From: Minisyncoccota bacterium
GTDB taxonomy: Bacteria; Patescibacteriota; Minisyncoccia; Phycocordibacterales; UBA2100
Assembly: GCA_965267345.1 (NCBI GenBank)
Contig: OZ253947.1
Location: 72,662 to 136,661 of the forward strand
Direction of reading: 5' to 3'
DNA length: 64,000 nucleotides
Both the position numbers and the translations under genes were made by a program. Position 1 is the first letter of the stretch. Every line of letters starts with the position of its first letter. The notes under the pieces were generated by a model, which made no database searches, was not told the DNA's origin, and saw only the letters and a list, made by a program, of their open reading frames with translations. Below, piece by piece: positions 29,228 through 39,090 of the stretch.

Positions 29228-30043
29228 ATGGATCTTTTCACCCCACTGTTCTTTTGCGTCGGTCTCATTGTTGGCAGTTTTCTCAACGTTGCCATCCTGC
29301 GTCTCCATACGGGTCAATCGCTTTCAGGTCGCAGTGGCTGCATGAGCTGCCGCGCGCAGCTGCAGTGGTATGAACTGCTGCCACTGGTATCGTTTTTTGT
29401 GCTCCGCGGACGCTGTCGCAGCTGTGGCAGTAGTGTGTCGCACCAGTACTGGATTGTTGAGCTGACGACTGCGGCGCTATTTACACTGGTTGCCGTGCAG
29501 GGCTGGGATCTAGTGGTAACGACGACGGCACTGGCAATGGTGGCTGTGTTGGTTGTGTTAGCAGTCTACGATATACGCCACACCATTCTTCCAAACGCAT
29601 TGGTCTACCTGTTTGCCGGCCTCGCGCTTGTCGCGCACGTGCCGTTTGTACTGGCGTTGCCGCTCACGGAAGCACTCGTGACTGTTGCGGGTGTGCTTAT
29701 TGCCGGTGGCATTGTTGCTGCGCCACTGTTTGTGCTGTGGCTTGTATCACGCGGGGCATGGATGGGGCTCGGAGATGTAAAGCTGGCACTTGGTGTCGGC
29801 TGGGCACTCGGCGCACTCTACGGATTTGTCGCACTCATGATTGCATTTGTGACGGGTGCACTCGTTGGCGTTGCACTTCTGTACGCACCGCGGGTTATGC
29901 GCGCGCTTTCGTTGAGCGGCATTGGGCAACAGTTTACAATGAAGAGCGAGATACCGTTTGGCCCATTCATTATCGGCGGCTTTTTTATATCGTTATTCTG
30001 GGGTTCTGAGATAGTGATCGCATTCAGTTCGTTGTTTATATGA
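29228..30043 (+). CDS. pilD: prepilin peptidase PilD (A24 family)
   Basis: N-terminal CxxC zinc motif pairs, multi-TM, conserved Asp residues. Confidence 0.85.
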   Translation: MDLFTPLFFCVGLIVGSFLNVAILRLHTGQSLSGRSGCMSCRAQLQWYELLPLVSFFVLRGRCRSCGSSVSHQYWIVELTTAALFTLVAVQGWDLVVTTTALAMVAVLVVLAVYDIRHTILPNALVYLFAGLALVAHVPFVLALPLTEALVTVAGVLIAGGIVAAPLFVLWLVSRGAWMGLGDVKLALGVGWALGALYGFVALMIAFVTGALVGVALLYAPRVMRALSLSGIGQQFTMKSEIPFGPFIIGGFFISLFWGSEIVIAFSSLFI

Positions 30044-30663
30044 ATCAGCTACAGGCACACATTTCATCTCGTACACCATGTCGACGTCGACAGGGTGGTT
30101 TTACTGTCATTGAGCTGATTGTTGTCGTTGGTATTGTTGTCACCATTTCAAGTATTGTGCTGGCCAGCTACTCGCAGTTCGGCGGCACCGTGTTGTTGCG
30201 TAACCTTGCCTACGACGTTGCATTGTCGGTACGTGAAGCACAGATTTTCGGTATTTCAGCACGCAGCTTTGGTGGCGTGGAATTTGCGGCAGGACACGGT
30301 GTGTACTTTGACTTACAGGAGACCAACAGGAGCTTTACCTTATTTACCGATGCGAACGAAGACGGCGTCTACACCTCAGCCGGCAGCGAGTGGGTCGAGA
30401 CGTATAATCTGGGGCAGGGGTACCTTATTGAGCGTATCTGTGTACCGGATGGTGAGACGGAAGATTGCTTGGTGACTGATTTGAGTATTCTCTTTAAGCG
30501 ACCGGAGCCGGACGCTATCATTCGCGCGTCGTTTGGCTCAGGGTTTTCGCAGTATGAGCGTGCGCGCATTGTGGTGATGTCGCCGCGTGAAGACCGCATG
30601 AGCATACTGGTGGAAGCAGCCGGTCAGATATCAGTCCAGCGGTATACCCTTGATGATGAATAG
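30040..30663 (+). CDS. minor pilin / pseudopilin (FimT/GspH-like)
   Basis: GGFTVIELIVV prepilin N-terminus. Confidence 0.7.
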   Translation: MNQLQAHISSRTPCRRRQGGFTVIELIVVVGIVVTISSIVLASYSQFGGTVLLRNLAYDVALSVREAQIFGISARSFGGVEFAAGHGVYFDLQETNRSFTLFTDANEDGVYTSAGSEWVETYNLGQGYLIERICVPDGETEDCLVTDLSILFKRPEPDAIIRASFGSGFSQYERARIVVMSPREDRMSILVEAAGQISVQRYTLDDE

Positions 30664-31279
30664 CATGAATACACAACGCGGATTTACCTTGGTTGAGATG
30701 CTCGTGGCAGTGTCGCTTTTTGCCGTGGTTATGACAATCAGCATCGGAGCGCTCTTGTCGCTGATTGATGCGAACCGCAAAGCACAGGCTCTGCAGTCGG
30801 TGATGAACAACCTCAACGTCGCACTCGACGGTATGGTGCGTAACATTCGCATGGGGCATACGTATCACTGTGGGTCAGCAAATGAGACAAATAAGACGAC
30901 GCTCAGTACCGCTACTGACTGTACCCTCGGCGGCGGTTTAGTTGCCTTTGAGTCATTCGGCGGCTCGAGTGCTTCGACGGCCGACCAGTGGGTGTACTGG
31001 TTTGCAAACGGTCGTCTCTACAAATCAGAGGATGCACGTGATACGGCCCTCCCGATTACCGCACCGGAAATTAACATTGATTCATTTGAAGTGTTCGTGA
31101 CGGGTGCACAGGAGACACTCAGTGATGACGGAGAAACACTGCAGCCAAAAGTAGTGATTGTCGTGCAGGGGACAGCTGCTGCTGAAGGAGATACCTTTGG
31201 GGTGATTGGGACCAATGAAAAAATACGTACGATATTTAATATTCAGGCAGTCGCGTCACAGCGATTACTCGATCTGTAG
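30650..31279 (+). CDS. minor pilin (PilW-like)
   Basis: RGFTLVEMLVA prepilin N-terminus. Confidence 0.7.
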   Translation: MMMNSMNTQRGFTLVEMLVAVSLFAVVMTISIGALLSLIDANRKAQALQSVMNNLNVALDGMVRNIRMGHTYHCGSANETNKTTLSTATDCTLGGGLVAFESFGGSSASTADQWVYWFANGRLYKSEDARDTALPITAPEINIDSFEVFVTGAQETLSDDGETLQPKVVIVVQGTAAAEGDTFGVIGTNEKIRTIFNIQAVASQRLLDL

Positions 31280-31282
31280 TCT

Positions 31283-31816
31283 ATGCAGCGCACGTACACA
31301 CCACGCCACCATATTCGCGGCTTCACACTCATCGAAACACTGGTTGCAATCAGTATCTTGGTCGTGGCAGTTGCAGCGCCGCTGACGCTGGCGTCACAGA
31401 GCCTCTTTGCGGCGCTCTACGCCAAAGACCAGACCACCGCATTCTATCTGGCACAGGAAGCTGTTGAAATGGTGCGGAACAAGCGTGATCAAAACCTACT
31501 GGCGTACCTGAACGACGGCACCACTGATTGGCTCGCCGGTATTCCCACCGATTCTGCACTGCACGTTGATGTGCCGAATGACACGATGGTCGCGTGTGTT
31601 GGCGACTGCTTGGACACGAAGCTATTGCACAACGACTCGTTTTATAATCACGAAGCGGGGGAGGCAACGCGCTTTAGCCGCAGCGTGCGCGTGACGCCAA
31701 ATGAGGAACTTGAAGGCGAAGCAACCATTACGGTGATGGTGCAGTGGCAGACAGGTTCATTCCAAGAGCGTACCTTTACCCTCGAAGAGCGCATCTATAA
31801 CTGGCTTCCAAATTAG
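31283..31816 (+). CDS. minor pilin (PilV-like)
   Basis: RGFTLIETLVAISI prepilin N-terminus. Confidence 0.7.
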   Translation: MQRTYTPRHHIRGFTLIETLVAISILVVAVAAPLTLASQSLFAALYAKDQTTAFYLAQEAVEMVRNKRDQNLLAYLNDGTTDWLAGIPTDSALHVDVPNDTMVACVGDCLDTKLLHNDSFYNHEAGEATRFSRSVRVTPNEELEGEATITVMVQWQTGSFQERTFTLEERIYNWLPN

Positions 31817-31817
31817 T

Positions 31818-32324
31818 ATGCACACACGATTCACACCCACCAATCGCGGATTCACATTGTTGCTTGCAGCACTGGTTGCGTCGCTGCTCTCAGCACTTGG
31901 GCTGGCAATGTTCGGCATCGCACAGAAGGAGGTGGTGCTCTCGGCCTTGGGTCGTGACTCGCAGCTTGCATTTTATGCTGCAGACACCGGTGCCGAGTGT
32001 GCACTCTTCTGGGATTTTAAGTATCAGGCATTTGCAACGAGCAGCGTCTACACATCGACATCGACGCCCGCCACCTGTGCCGAGCAAGATTTGCAGGATT
32101 TTCCCACGCCGTGGGAAAACGGTTTTCCTGACGGTGTTGCCGGCCTCGGTGGAAGTGACCAGACTACCTTCTGGTTTGAACCCGACGGCTACTGTGTGTA
32201 CGTAACGGTGACAAAGCGCGACACGGCACCATTTACGGTTGTCGAAGCGCTGGGCTACAGTCGTCCGTGTGACCAACCCGACCACCCGCGACGTCTCGAG
32301 CGCGCCGTGCGCACCACCTTTTAG
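31818..32324 (+). CDS. minor pilin (PilX-like)
   Basis: RGFTLLLAALVASLL prepilin-like N-terminus. Confidence 0.6.
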   Translation: MHTRFTPTNRGFTLLLAALVASLLSALGLAMFGIAQKEVVLSALGRDSQLAFYAADTGAECALFWDFKYQAFATSSVYTSTSTPATCAEQDLQDFPTPWENGFPDGVAGLGGSDQTTFWFEPDGYCVYVTVTKRDTAPFTVVEALGYSRPCDQPDHPRRLERAVRTTF

Positions 32325-32333
32325 CGAGTGTAG

Positions 32334-34662
<2,329 letters not shown>

Positions 34663-34663
34663 T

Positions 34664-36085
34664 ATGGACACACGCACCCTCACACTTGCACAGGCGCGAA
34701 CACTGCTCGACACCAAAGAGGTATCAGCACGCGAGTTGTGTGATGCGTACCTCGCACGCATTGCCGAGCGCAACGACGAGCTCAACGCCTATCTTGAAGT
34801 ATTCGATGATGCAGCTGCGGCCGCGGAGGAGGCTGACGCGCGTATCGCGCGCGGCGAACAAACGCCACTGACAGGCATCCCACTGGCAATCAAAGACAAC
34901 ATTCTCATCCACGGTAAGCGAGCAACGTCAGCGTCGCGCATGTTGGAACAGTACACTGCGGCATACGAGGCAACGGCAATCGCACGACTCAAGGAGCAAG
35001 GAAGTGTATTTCTTGGACGCACAAATATGGATGAGTTTGCACTCGGTAGTTCGACAGAGAACTCAGCGTACGGACCGACGCGTAATCCTCATGACGAGAC
35101 GCGCGTACCAGGGGGCTCATCAGGCGGTTCAGCTGCTGCGGTGGCCGACGGCCTTGCGCTGGCAGCACTCGGCTCAGACACTGGCGGCTCAATTCGCCAG
35201 CCGGCGGCGCTCTGTGGACTGGTTGGCTTCAAACCGTCATACGGTGCGGTGTCGCGGTACGGTCTCATGGCTGCAGCCTCTAGTTTTGATCAGATTGGAC
35301 CGCTGGCGCGCACGGTTACCGACGCCGAGCAGCTCTTTACTGCGATACAGGGAGCAGACGAGCACGACGCGACCTCAATTGCGGACTACGCACGGACACC
35401 GGCAGGGACGCAGCGTATTGGTGTCCCGCGCGCATTTCTCACTGAGGGTGTTGATGGGGACGTCGTTGCCGCATTTGATACGCACCTTGAAGCACTTGCA
35501 CGCGCAGGGTACGACATTGTCGATATCGAACTTCCGTCGATTGCCTACAGCCTTGCGGCGTACTACATCATTAACCCAGCTGAGGTATCAACGAACCTCG
35601 CGCGATTTGATGGTGTACGGTACGGATTACGTGTAGCAGGAGATTCGCTCGCCGATGACTACATGCAATCACGCGGGCAAGGCTTTGGCGCCGAAGTGCG
35701 TCGTCGTATCCTCACGGGAACATTCGTGCTCTCGTCAGGCTACGCAGATGCCTACTATCGAAAAGCTGCCGCTGTGCGGAATGTTATGCGCGATGAATTT
35801 GCCCGCGTGCATGCCGACATTGATGCAATTGCAACACCGACGAGTCCGACGCCCGCATTTGCTCTCGGCGAAAAAACAGACGACCCCGTTGCGATGTATG
35901 CGGCCGATCGCTTCACGGTACCCGTGAACCTCGCGGGTGTGCCCGCACTCTCGGTGCCAATGGGTACGGTAGAGCGCGAGGGCACCGCACTGCCAATCGG
36001 CATGCAGTTTATCGGCGCGTACGGTACTGACACACACCTCTTTGCGCTCGGACGCGAATTTGAGAAGATGCGAACAGAGCTATGA
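34664..36085 (+). CDS. gatA: Asp/Glu-tRNA amidotransferase subunit A (amidase)
   Basis: Amidase signature GGSSGGSAAAVA with the Ser-cisSer-Lys triad context. Confidence 0.95.
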   Translation: MDTRTLTLAQARTLLDTKEVSARELCDAYLARIAERNDELNAYLEVFDDAAAAAEEADARIARGEQTPLTGIPLAIKDNILIHGKRATSASRMLEQYTAAYEATAIARLKEQGSVFLGRTNMDEFALGSSTENSAYGPTRNPHDETRVPGGSSGGSAAAVADGLALAALGSDTGGSIRQPAALCGLVGFKPSYGAVSRYGLMAAASSFDQIGPLARTVTDAEQLFTAIQGADEHDATSIADYARTPAGTQRIGVPRAFLTEGVDGDVVAAFDTHLEALARAGYDIVDIELPSIAYSLAAYYIINPAEVSTNLARFDGVRYGLRVAGDSLADDYMQSRGQGFGAEVRRRILTGTFVLSSGYADAYYRKAAAVRNVMRDEFARVHADIDAIATPTSPTPAFALGEKTDDPVAMYAADRFTVPVNLAGVPALSVPMGTVEREGTALPIGMQFIGAYGTDTHLFALGREFEKMRTEL

Positions 36086-36729
36086 ACCCAACACCGGTGA
36101 ACACACAGGCGCTGCCCACGTTCGATACACCAATTGAAGGTGGTCGTGCCGAAGTGGTGCAGCCCACGCAAGAGACGGCAGTATCGTCGTTTGACGTACC
36201 ATGGGATATTTTCACCAGCGCGTGGATTAACTTCTTTCTCGTCGCGCTGATTGTGTCGGTAGTGTTTGCGATCATTACACTGTATGCGCGCTTTCGTCTG
36301 TACCAGATACGTAGTGCGGAAGCGGAGTACTACACAAACCAGCCGCTGTCATCTGCTGCACGGAAAGTGTTGCAAATTGAAGAGGCGGCGAGTATGGCCG
36401 GCGGTGCACACGAAGCGCGGTGGCGTGATGTACTGCGCCTTGCCGATTCAGCACAGCCAAATGATTGGCGACAGGCTATTGTCGAAGCTGACATCATGCT
36501 CGAAGATGCAATAACGCAGAAAGGATATCAGGGCGAGTCGCTCGGTGAGAAAATGAAAACGGTACGTCGCAGCGAGGTGAATACAATTGATGGCGCATGG
36601 GAGGCGCACAAGATGCGCAACCGCATTGCGCACGAAGGAGCGGCAATGGAACTGTCGCAGCGTGAAGTGAAGCGCATCATTGCGCTGTTTGAACGCACGC
36701 TGCGTGAACTCGATTACATTTTCGCATAA
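36082..36729 (+). CDS. membrane-anchored protein with HEPN-like C-terminal domain (W...RNRIAHEG, Rx4-6H motif)
   Basis: One TM helix (FFLVALIVSVVFAIITL). C-terminus GAWEAHKMRNRIAHEGAAME resembles the HepT/HEPN Rx4-6H motif. Start overlaps the gatA stop (ATGA). Confidence 0.5.
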   Translation: MNPTPVNTQALPTFDTPIEGGRAEVVQPTQETAVSSFDVPWDIFTSAWINFFLVALIVSVVFAIITLYARFRLYQIRSAEAEYYTNQPLSSAARKVLQIEEAASMAGGAHEARWRDVLRLADSAQPNDWRQAIVEADIMLEDAITQKGYQGESLGEKMKTVRRSEVNTIDGAWEAHKMRNRIAHEGAAMELSQREVKRIIALFERTLRELDYIFA

Positions 36730-36767
36730 GTTTTACCCGACGAGCGCTTTATGCTATAGTGCGCCGC

Positions 36768-36839
36768 AGCGGGGTGGAGGAGTAGTAACTCGCCGGGCTC
36801 ATAACCCGGAGATCGCTGGTGCAATTCCAGCCCCCGCAA
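36768..36839 (+). tRNA. tRNA-fMet (initiator, anticodon CAU)
   Basis: AGCGGGGTGGAGG...CTCATAA...CCAGCCCCCGCAA. Three G:C pairs closing the anticodon stem; 1:72 mismatch; close to E. coli tRNA-fMet. No CCA encoded. Confidence 0.8.
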
Positions 36840-37042
36840 CAAGTACACATAACGCCACACAATTTTGTGTGGCGTTATGTGTTACTGGTGCGCGGGGAGC
36901 AAGGCACCTGCGTGCCTTGCGTCTGGAAGTGCAAGGCGGAGCCATGTCTGAACGAAGTGAAGACGGGCGAGCCCGGACAGGAGCCACTTATCCTGAGTGC
37001 ACGAAGGATTAGTGAGCTGACGTCAATTCCAGCCCCCGCAAC
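36840..37042 (+). repeat. tRNA-fMet-attached element (copy 1): hairpin, conserved core, then a 20 nt copy of the tRNA 3' end (37023-37042)
   Basis: caattccagcccccgcaaca is repeated exactly. Core ...CATGTCTGAACGAAGTGAAGACGGGCGAGCCCGGACAGGAGCCACTTATCCTGAGTGCACGAAGGATTAGTGAGCTGACG is shared with copies 2-4. Confidence 0.65.
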
Positions 37043-37083
37043 ACGTAATGTAAAACACCACGCGACCACGTGGTGTTTTACAT

Positions 37084-37160
37084 TGGTGCCGAGGGACGGG
37101 ATCGAACCGTCGACCTTAGGTTTATGAGTCCTACGCTCTAACCAACTGAGCTACCTCGGC
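37084..37160 (-). tRNA. tRNA-Met (anticodon CAU; elongator Met, or Ile2 if lysidinylated), CCA encoded
   Basis: Reverse complement reads GCCGAGGTAGCTCAGTTGGTTAGAGCGTAGGACTCATAAACCTAAGGTCGACGGTTCGATCCCGTCCCTCGGCACCA. Confidence 0.8.
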
Positions 37161-37318
37161 AATGCACGTATGCGCACAACGATACCAATTTCACGCGCTG
37201 CTTTCAATAAAAATACACTTGTGCACACCATAGTGTCGTGTGCGCAAACAGATACGCCATGAACATGTATACTTGAAGTAGGTCGAGCACATTACTCACT
37301 CCTTACGCATTTTTGTTT

Positions 37319-37528
37319 ATGGCAACACGCAAAACAGCAAAAAAGCGAACGACCGCGAAGCGCAAGCCTGCAGCACGTAAGCGCGTCGCGAAAAAGACAG
37401 CGCGCAAGACGACAGCAAAGAAGCGCACGACCGCGAAGCGCAAACCTGCAGCAAAGAAGAAAACGACTACAAAGCGCAAAGTGGCACGTAAGACGACGTC
37501 ACGCAAGAAAGCAACACGTCGTCGCTAG
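37319..37528 (+). CDS. histone H1-like / HC2-like basic repeat protein (69 aa, K/R/T/A-rich)
   Basis: MATRKTAKKRTTAKRKPAARKR... with internal tandem repeats of TTAKKRTTAKRKPAA (DNA repeat 37340-37465); followed by a terminator. Confidence 0.55.
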   Translation: MATRKTAKKRTTAKRKPAARKRVAKKTARKTTAKKRTTAKRKPAAKKKTTTKRKVARKTTSRKKATRRR

Positions 37529-37546
37529 GACGACGTGTGCTCACGA

Positions 37547-37577
37547 AAAACCCGCTGACAGAGCGGGTTTTTCGTTT
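37547..37577 (+). terminator. rho-independent terminator (aaaaacccgctgacagagcgggtttttcgttt)
   Basis: CCCGCT...AGCGGG stem plus T-run. Confidence 0.7.
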
Positions 37578-37622
37578 GAGAAAGTGGCAACTTTTAAATA
37601 TCCTGTTAGAATAGCGCCTGTT

Positions 37623-37697
37623 GCGGACGTAGCTCAACTTGGTTAGAGCACCCGCCTGTCACGCGGGAGGTTGCGGGTTCAAGTCCCGTCGTTCGCG
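37623..37697 (+). tRNA. tRNA-Asp (anticodon GUC)
   Basis: GCGGACGTAGCTCAACTTGGTTAGAGCACCCGCCTGTCACGCGGGAGGTTGCGGGTTCAAGTCCCGTCGTTCGCG. Confidence 0.9.
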
Positions 37698-37891
37698 CAT
37701 AAACTCAGTGTAGTCCCGACCCGAGAGGGTTGGGGCTTTACTGATTTACAGCGAGGTGGGACTTGAAAGACGGAGCCGGTATACAAGACAAAGCGTAGCG
37801 AAGTGCTTGTCGGCGAGTCCGGGCAGGAGCCACTTATCCTGAGTGCACGAAGGATTAGTGAGCTGACGCCACGTCCCGTCGTTCGCGCATA
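37698..37891 (+). repeat. tRNA-Asp-attached element (copy 2): terminator-like hairpin, conserved core, 19 nt copy of the tRNA 3' end (37873-37891), then a second terminator-like hairpin
   Basis: gtcccgtcgttcgcgcata is repeated exactly. The flanks (cagtgtagtcccgacccgagagggttggggctttactg vs cagttagaccccgtgcggtagcactggggttttactg) are only about 70% identical. Confidence 0.65.
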
Positions 37892-38124
37892 CAACAGTTA
37901 GACCCCGTGCGGTAGCACTGGGGTTTTACTGTTTTAGCGACAAAGTGGGGCGTTTCTCGGTGCACAAAACATGCTACTATACATGCAATGAACATCGCGG
38001 AATTTTTCAATACACTCGTTGCACTTGCCGCGAAAGCCATCACGCTCTTTTTAGAGTTTCTGCTGGCAATTTTTGCCTTTTTCATCACCCTCATCCAAGG
38101 ACTGCTTAGCTTTCTCTCGTAAGT

Positions 38125-38730
38125 ATGTCACATAGTTTTACACGTCAGCAGTGGGTGATTCTCATCTTTTCGCTTAGCTACCTGTGTGCATTCACTGCCT
38201 ACTATCTGGTGAGCGCAAACTACGAATTCCTGTGGTATGTCGCGGTGATGGTATTCTTTTTCGCGCTCCTCATCGGCACACTCCGCTCTTCGCAGTTCAC
38301 GCCGTTGATTTTATGGGGGCTCTCAGTATGGGGACTGCTCCACATGGCTGGAGGCAGCATTCCCGTGGGTGATACGGTCCTGTATGGGGTGCAGCTTATC
38401 GATATCGTCAGTGACGGCGGCGAGTTTGTCATTCTTAAGTACGACCAATTCGTGCACGCATTTGGCTTTGGTGTCACGACACTCGTTGCGTATCACTTGA
38501 TGGCGCCACGCTGGCGTGAGGGTGCATCGCACGGACTACTGCTTGCACTGTGTGTGGCAATTGGTATGGGACTCGGCGCAGTAAACGAAATTGTTGAGTT
38601 TATCGCGGTCGTCGCGATCAGTGAAACGGGCGTGGGCGGATACTTCAATACGTCACTCGACCTCGTCTTCAACGCGCTTGGAGCGCTTGGTGCTGCCGGC
38701 ATACTCGCGTACCGACACAAAGCGAGATAG
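38125..38730 (+). CDS. DUF2238-like (YjdF-like) inner membrane protein
   Basis: 201 aa, 6 TM segments, KYDQFVHAFGFG motif. A 44-codon hydrophobic mini-ORF (37988-38122) precedes it. Confidence 0.55.
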   Translation: MSHSFTRQQWVILIFSLSYLCAFTAYYLVSANYEFLWYVAVMVFFFALLIGTLRSSQFTPLILWGLSVWGLLHMAGGSIPVGDTVLYGVQLIDIVSDGGEFVILKYDQFVHAFGFGVTTLVAYHLMAPRWREGASHGLLLALCVAIGMGLGAVNEIVEFIAVVAISETGVGGYFNTSLDLVFNALGALGAAGILAYRHKAR

Positions 38731-38770
38731 TTTGCGCTCACCACCAAACATTGTAAGATACAGCGCACGT

Positions 38771-38843
38771 GCCGGGATAGCTCAGTTGGTAGAGCGCACC
38801 CATGGTAAGGGTGAGGTCACGGGTTCGAATCCCGTTCCTGGCT
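38771..38843 (+). tRNA. tRNA-Thr (anticodon GGU)
   Basis: GCCGGGATAGCTCAGTTGGTAGAGCGCACCCATGGTAAGGGTGAGGTCACGGGTTCGAATCCCGTTCCTGGCT. Confidence 0.85.
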
Positions 38844-39010
38844 CACGCAGGCGATGAGCCAAGTGAGGAGGAAAGCAGGCACACTGCTTTGCCTGCGTCG
38901 GGATGCGAAAAGCGCAGTCATGTCTGAGCATTGCGAAGACAGACGAGCTCGGGCAGGAGCCACTTAGCGCGTAGCGCTTAGTGAGCTGACGCCGAATCCC
39001 GTTCCTGGCT
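38844..39010 (+). repeat. tRNA-Thr(GGU)-attached element (copy 3): hairpin, conserved core with a variant hairpin (GCGCGTAGCGC), then a 19 nt copy of the tRNA 3' end (38992-39010), abutting the next tRNA
   Basis: cgaatcccgttcctggctc is repeated exactly. Core ...GTCATGTCTGAGCATTGCGAAGACAGACGAGCTCGGGCAGGAGCCACTTAGCGCGTAGCGCTTAGTGAGCTGACG. Confidence 0.65.
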
Positions 39011-39015
39011 CCAGC

Positions 39016-39088
39016 GCCACCGTAGCTCAGTTGGTAGAGCAATACATTCGTAACGTATAGGTCGGAGGTTCGAGTCCTCTCGGTGGCT
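39016..39088 (+). tRNA. tRNA-Thr (anticodon CGU)
   Basis: GCCACCGTAGCTCAGTTGGTAGAGCAATACATTCGTAACGTATAGGTCGGAGGTTCGAGTCCTCTCGGTGGCT. A31-C39 mismatch in the anticodon stem. Confidence 0.8.
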
Positions 39089-39090
39089 CA

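Noticed and set aside
37800-37830. RNase P RNA P4-like string GAGTCCGGGCAGGAG in the element core.
   Set aside because: It is only a short local resemblance. None of the other RNase P conserved regions is present and the element is far too short.
37830-37872. The core hairpin as a group II intron domain V (it starts GAGCC with an AGC triad and has a 3'-strand bulge).
   Set aside because: Helix lengths and bulge position do not match domain V. There is no GNRA loop, no domain VI, and no reverse transcriptase ORF anywhere in the window.
37840-37872. Hammerhead-ribozyme-like CTGAGTG...CGAAGG in the core hairpin loop.
   Set aside because: It does not fit the CUGANGA...GAAA core spacing. Copies 3 and 4 lack it.
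36819-39042. ORFs overlapping the tRNA-attached elements (36819-37127 +, 36875-37069 -, 37679-37894 -, 38782-39042 -) that give a recurring SSLILRALRISGSCP peptide.
   Set aside because: The peptide is conserved only where the nucleotides are identical. Copy 3 changes it completely while keeping base-pairing, so the conservation is in RNA/DNA structure, not coding. The ORFs also run through tRNA genes.
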